DNA of 64,000 nt from Alphaproteobacteria bacterium (lineage in GTDB: Bacteria; Pseudomonadota; Alphaproteobacteria; UBA828): NCBI GenBank assembly GCA_965214705.1, contig OZ243972.1, positions 3,040,001 to 3,104,000 of the forward strand, in the 5' to 3' direction. Both the position numbers and the translations under genes were made by a program. Under the pieces are notes generated by a model. The model had not been told where the DNA came from, did not search any database, and worked only from the letters and a program-made list of their open reading frames with translations. Below, piece by piece: positions 60,392 to 64,000 of this stretch. Each line of letters starts with the position of its first letter. Position 1 is the stretch's first letter.

Positions 60392-60799
60392 TCATCCTCT
60401 TGTTGTTCGGCACGTCGGTTGCACGCCGATCGGCGCGATAAGCTATTGAAGTGGCTCGATACTGGGGGGTCACAATTGCACGCCGAGCAACATCCTGGGG
60501 CCGGCGCGATCGCTCTACCTGATCGCCGGCACTCGCTGGGTCGACGCCGAGATCGAGGCACGGCACATCAACCGGGCCTTCGATATCGCTGGGTCGAGAG
60601 GCGCGGAGCGCACTTTGAATCCGTGGCTGATCGGGATCGGCGTCGAGTTCGGGGGCGTCGCAAGTTGCTTCGACTTGCGGCTGAGCTACGCGGCCGATGA
60701 CGTCGCCTTCGGGTTCGGCGGCGGTGCGGCGGATGATCCGAGGCTCGGCTATACCTTCGATGTCCGAGAATGGACGGTGTCCCTGGGCTATGTCGTGCT

Positions 60800-61070
60800 G
60801 GCGGCGAACGGCAAGGCAGCTCCGTCGAACCGGCTGGACACGGAATTCGGCTACGGCCTGCCGGTGTTCGGGGACCGCTTCACGGGCACGCCGAATGTCG
60901 GGTTCGGGATGTCGGAGGCGGCGCGCGACTGGCGCATCGAATGGCGGCTGAACCCGGCGGCGCCCAACGCCTTCGGCTTCGAGGTCAGTCTTGACGCGGT
61001 GCGCCGCGAGCCGGCGAACGATAACGGCGCCGAGCACGGGGTGATGCTCCGAAGCCTGCTTCGCTGGTAG
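60800..61070 (+). pseudogene. C-terminal beta-barrel (autotransporter-like) fragment of a large surface protein
   Basis: RLDTEFGYGL...FTGTPNVGFG...DWR..WRL...HGVMLRSLLRW* with terminal Trp; 5' boundary approximate. Confidence 0.55.
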
Positions 61071-61179
61071 GGCGCGCCCCGCCTTCGGGACGCGCTTCCA
61101 GCCGCGCCAGTCCTCGGCAAGCCAGATCGGCCTCACCTCAACCGCGCAGTCATGCTGATGGCGGCGAAGGAAGGCTACC

Positions 61180-61490
61180 GTGCCAGCGTCCAGGCCGGTG
61201 ATCGTCTCGGTCAGCCTGTTCCCGGTGCGCGTCCAGGCGGTGAACGCGCTGCTGCCCTGCTGCCGGTATTGCAGCGCATAGCCGACAATCGCCGGACGGC
61301 CCACATTGTCAGGCGCGGCCCACGTCACCGTCAGGCTGTCGATCGCGCCCGATGCCGTCGGCGTGGCCGGCGCAAGGAGCGGCTCCATGTCTGTCAGATT
61401 TGTCGTCACGGCTATGCTGGCGTCGATGGCCGCGTCCACGCTGCCATCGCCCGCCTTGCCGTCGCTCACCTCGACCGTATCTGGGTCTGG
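61180..61490 (-). pseudogene. fibronectin type III / cadherin-like domain fragment
   Basis: VEVSDG, SLTVTWAAPDN.GRPAI.GY.LQYR...W...TITGL.AGT; no proper start or end. Confidence 0.65.
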
Positions 61491-61525
61491 ACGGCGCTGG
61501 AAGCAGGGAGCAAGTTGTTGATCGC

Positions 61526-61675
61526 TTACCGAGTGCGCGCGCAGTGGCAGTTGGGCTTTCCGCATTTTCTATTCTGTGCCCTCAGCGACCCCTGGCGGAG
61601 ATCGCCGATGCCCGCGAGTTCTTCGAGCAACTTCCCGCGCTGTTCGGCGAGATCGTTGTGAACCTGCGCTGCCAT
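61526..61675 (-). pseudogene. DUF6788-like IS-associated ORF fragment
   Basis: GDLRQGSL....RKCGKPNCHCA, then a premature stop. Confidence 0.5.
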
Positions 61676-61833
61676 GCCCGACTCCGTCTGTTTCCTGATA
61701 CAGGAAACAGACATCGTAGCGGATACATGGCATTTCTTAACTCATCACAAAGCGGAGTGCACCCCCCCGGCAGTTCGGGTTAGGATTGGACATTCAATAA
61801 GAATCCAATAATCGCCAGCGAAGGGAGGTCACC

Positions 61834-62991
61834 ATGAAAAGCGCCATTAAGACGACTGGGAGTCGCGGCACAACGCGTCGTCGCTTTCTAAAGCAGGTTG
61901 CTGCGGGCGCCGGTATCGCAGCGCTCGCGACGGGCGTTTCGACGATCCGGCGTGCACGGGCCAAGTCCTACGAGGGTGTGGAGTTGAACATTCTCAGCTG
62001 GCCCGGTTGGGGCGATCCTCACGTCACGACCATGTTTGAGGAGCGCACCGGCGCCAAGGTGGTCGTGAAGGAGTATATCGGAGGCGAAGCCATGATGGCG
62101 GTTCTCGCCCAGACGCCGCCGGGCTCCTTCGACCTTATCCTTTCCGACCACGAATACCTTACGCAGCTACGGGCGGCGGACCAGATCGTCCCGCTGGATC
62201 CCGCTAACTATCACTTCGATCACTATTGGCCAGAGTTTCAACGCTTTGAGCCTCACTGGAGTGACGGCCAGATGTATGCGGTGCTCACCTCGTTCGGCTA
62301 CATCGGTCTCGCATACAACTCGGACAAATTGACAGAGGCCGATGTCGCTTCCTACGAGATTCTTTGGGACCCCAAGGTCAAGGGCAAGTTCGGTTGGTTC
62401 GATTGGTATCTGCCGAACATGGGCTGCCTGAGCCTCTACAACGGCAATCGGCCACCCTACGACATCGATGACGCCGCCTTCGCCAAGCTGAAGGAAACCC
62501 TGAACTCGCTGCAATCGCAGGAAGGAGCCTTCTTGAGCATGGCGGACGTCTTCTCGTCCTTCACGAACGGGGAGATGTGGATCTCGCCTGGAATCGGCGA
62601 CTGGGTCGCTCAAATTCTACAGGCGGGAGGCCTGCCCATTGCCGCGAATGTTCCCAAGGAAGGCGGCGTCATGTGGAGTGACTCCTGGGCGGTGGCGAAG
62701 ACTGCGAAGACTCCCGAGCTCGCGGTAGAGTGGATTCGTTACGTCGCCTCACCCGAGGGGCAGATCAGGGCCGCGACCTTGCCGGCCTTTGCCCGCAACA
62801 TTCCCAACAAGGAAGGTTGGAAGCTTCTCAACGAGCGGATGCCGGAGTGGGCAACTCGGCTGCGCCACCATTTCGACTCGCGCAACATTGTCGACGAATA
62901 CAGAGAGGGCAATATATTTGCGCGCGGTCTTCCGGTCCAGCAGAGTGCAGAGGAGTGGGGCGAGGCCTGGACCGAGTTCAAGAGTACGTAA
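61834..62991 (+). CDS. Tat-exported ABC substrate-binding protein, PotD/PotF-like
   Basis: TRRRFLK Tat motif; LNILSW.G, FEERTG.KV, G..GLAYN, PKEG..MWSD; RBS GGGAGG. Confidence 0.85.
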   Translation: MKSAIKTTGSRGTTRRRFLKQVAAGAGIAALATGVSTIRRARAKSYEGVELNILSWPGWGDPHVTTMFEERTGAKVVVKEYIGGEAMMAVLAQTPPGSFDLILSDHEYLTQLRAADQIVPLDPANYHFDHYWPEFQRFEPHWSDGQMYAVLTSFGYIGLAYNSDKLTEADVASYEILWDPKVKGKFGWFDWYLPNMGCLSLYNGNRPPYDIDDAAFAKLKETLNSLQSQEGAFLSMADVFSSFTNGEMWISPGIGDWVAQILQAGGLPIAANVPKEGGVMWSDSWAVAKTAKTPELAVEWIRYVASPEGQIRAATLPAFARNIPNKEGWKLLNERMPEWATRLRHHFDSRNIVDEYREGNIFARGLPVQQSAEEWGEAWTEFKST

Positions 62992-63017
62992 CCTATCTGG
63001 AGGCAGCAGCTGCACCT

Positions 63018-64000
63018 CAGGGCAAATTTGTCCAAGCGGCTGGTAGGCAGTTGAGTTCTGGCCACGGGTTGTGCGGATCGGCTTTGTTGCGGGGTTTGCG
63101 GCGGGGTCTGGCCGAGCATCCGGTTCGGTCAGACGGTTCTGGCATTACCGTGTGGGCGGTGCGGGCGGTGCCGTCGCGATTTGGCGGTGCCCCGACATGA
63201 TGGATCGCGCCACCGGCGTGGTCGGGAGCGAGGGCAGGTACGATCTTTGCGCCCGGCTTGCCGGGCGCCGGGGTTCAGGCCGGCGCGGCGCGCTTTGCGG
63301 TCCTCGGCTGGGTGTTCCCGGTCATTTTCAGGAAGTCGAGGACGGCGCGGACGTTGCGGGCGAGCCTGCGCACGGTCGAGGCGACCTCGAGCCCCCGGCC
63401 CTTGATCAGGCCGATGGCGAAGCGCCGCAGGCGGGTCATGTTCTCGGGGCCGAAGCCTGTGCGTATGCGGCTGCGGTCCTCGTCCCAGGTCCAGTCGAGG
63501 CAGTGGTGCGAGCTGTTCTCGATGCACCAGTGGCCGCGGTTGAGGGCGAGCAGGCTCTGCGCGTTGGCCGTGCCGGGCGTGTGGCTGGAGATCCCGTAGG
63601 CGGTCTCGGTGCCGGTCTCGCCGGTCTTCTTGTCCTGGCGGGAGCGCTCGATCATGAAGACCTGGCCGACGCCCGGGAAGTCGAGAAAGCCGTTCAACTC
63701 CGTGCTCGTCCAGATTGCCCGCTGCTCGATGCGTCCGTGCGACAGCGCGGCCTCCTCCTCGAAGTCGGGCTCACGCTCCGGCGCCTCTTCGAAGAGCAGC
63801 GTCACATCGTCCCGCATGGTCTTCTGGTTCCCTTTCACGATGAACATGAAGTGCGCGCCCCGGTCGAGCAGGTAGCGGGCGAACTTGCGCTGGGTTAGCA
63901 GCGCGTCCGTCGTGACCGTCTTGCCCGCGATGTTCGGGATCAGGTCCACCAGCGCCGTCACGGTGCCGATCTCGTTGGTGCGCTTTGTCTCCTCGTCGGC
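63018..64000 (-). mobile_element. ISAs1-family element (partial; transposase runs from 63275 beyond the window end)
   Basis: TNEI, VTTDALLTQ, VKGNQ, HGRIEQR, RGHWCIEN..H..LD...DED; CAGGG at 63018 taken as the probable terminus. Confidence 0.8.

Overview
GC-rich, probably alphaproteobacterial accessory region; FN3 and autotransporter-like fragments hint at a host-associated organism. It has four blocks. (1) 1-9138: end of an F-type conjugation module (traG, a convergent small membrane ORF, ssb, traD, MOBF relaxase-helicase). (2) 9539-28270: a defence island between relaxase and oriT, with Type III-like Res, a DUF1828 gene pair, MNT-HEPN, Mod, an AAA ATPase plus S8 protease (IetAS-like) and a RelE-UvrD fusion. 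The protease gene is cut twice, each time exactly at a TTG, by near-identical 2666-bp elements encoding a tyrosine recombinase and an IS91-type HUH/Y2 transposase. Joining the two ends of the element gives a 33-bp hairpin with a 4-nt bulge, suggesting integration of a folded ssDNA circle. (3) 28408-37575: an RHH gene, an F-like nic site (29156-29167) and a leading region of minus-strand genes: a SLOG protein, a second ssb, small unknown ORFs and a 7x C4 zinc-finger protein split by an ISKra4-like IS. It also holds a 122-nt modular hairpin, a RelE/HTH TA pair and an integrase fragment. (4) 37945-64000: a catabolic cluster with three hydantoinase/oxoprolinase A and three B paralogs (one A split by IS66), ABC components, an integrase, surface-protein remnants, a Tat-exported binding protein and an ISAs1. 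No rRNA, tRNA or CRISPR array was seen. All family names come from motif recognition by eye, not database searches.
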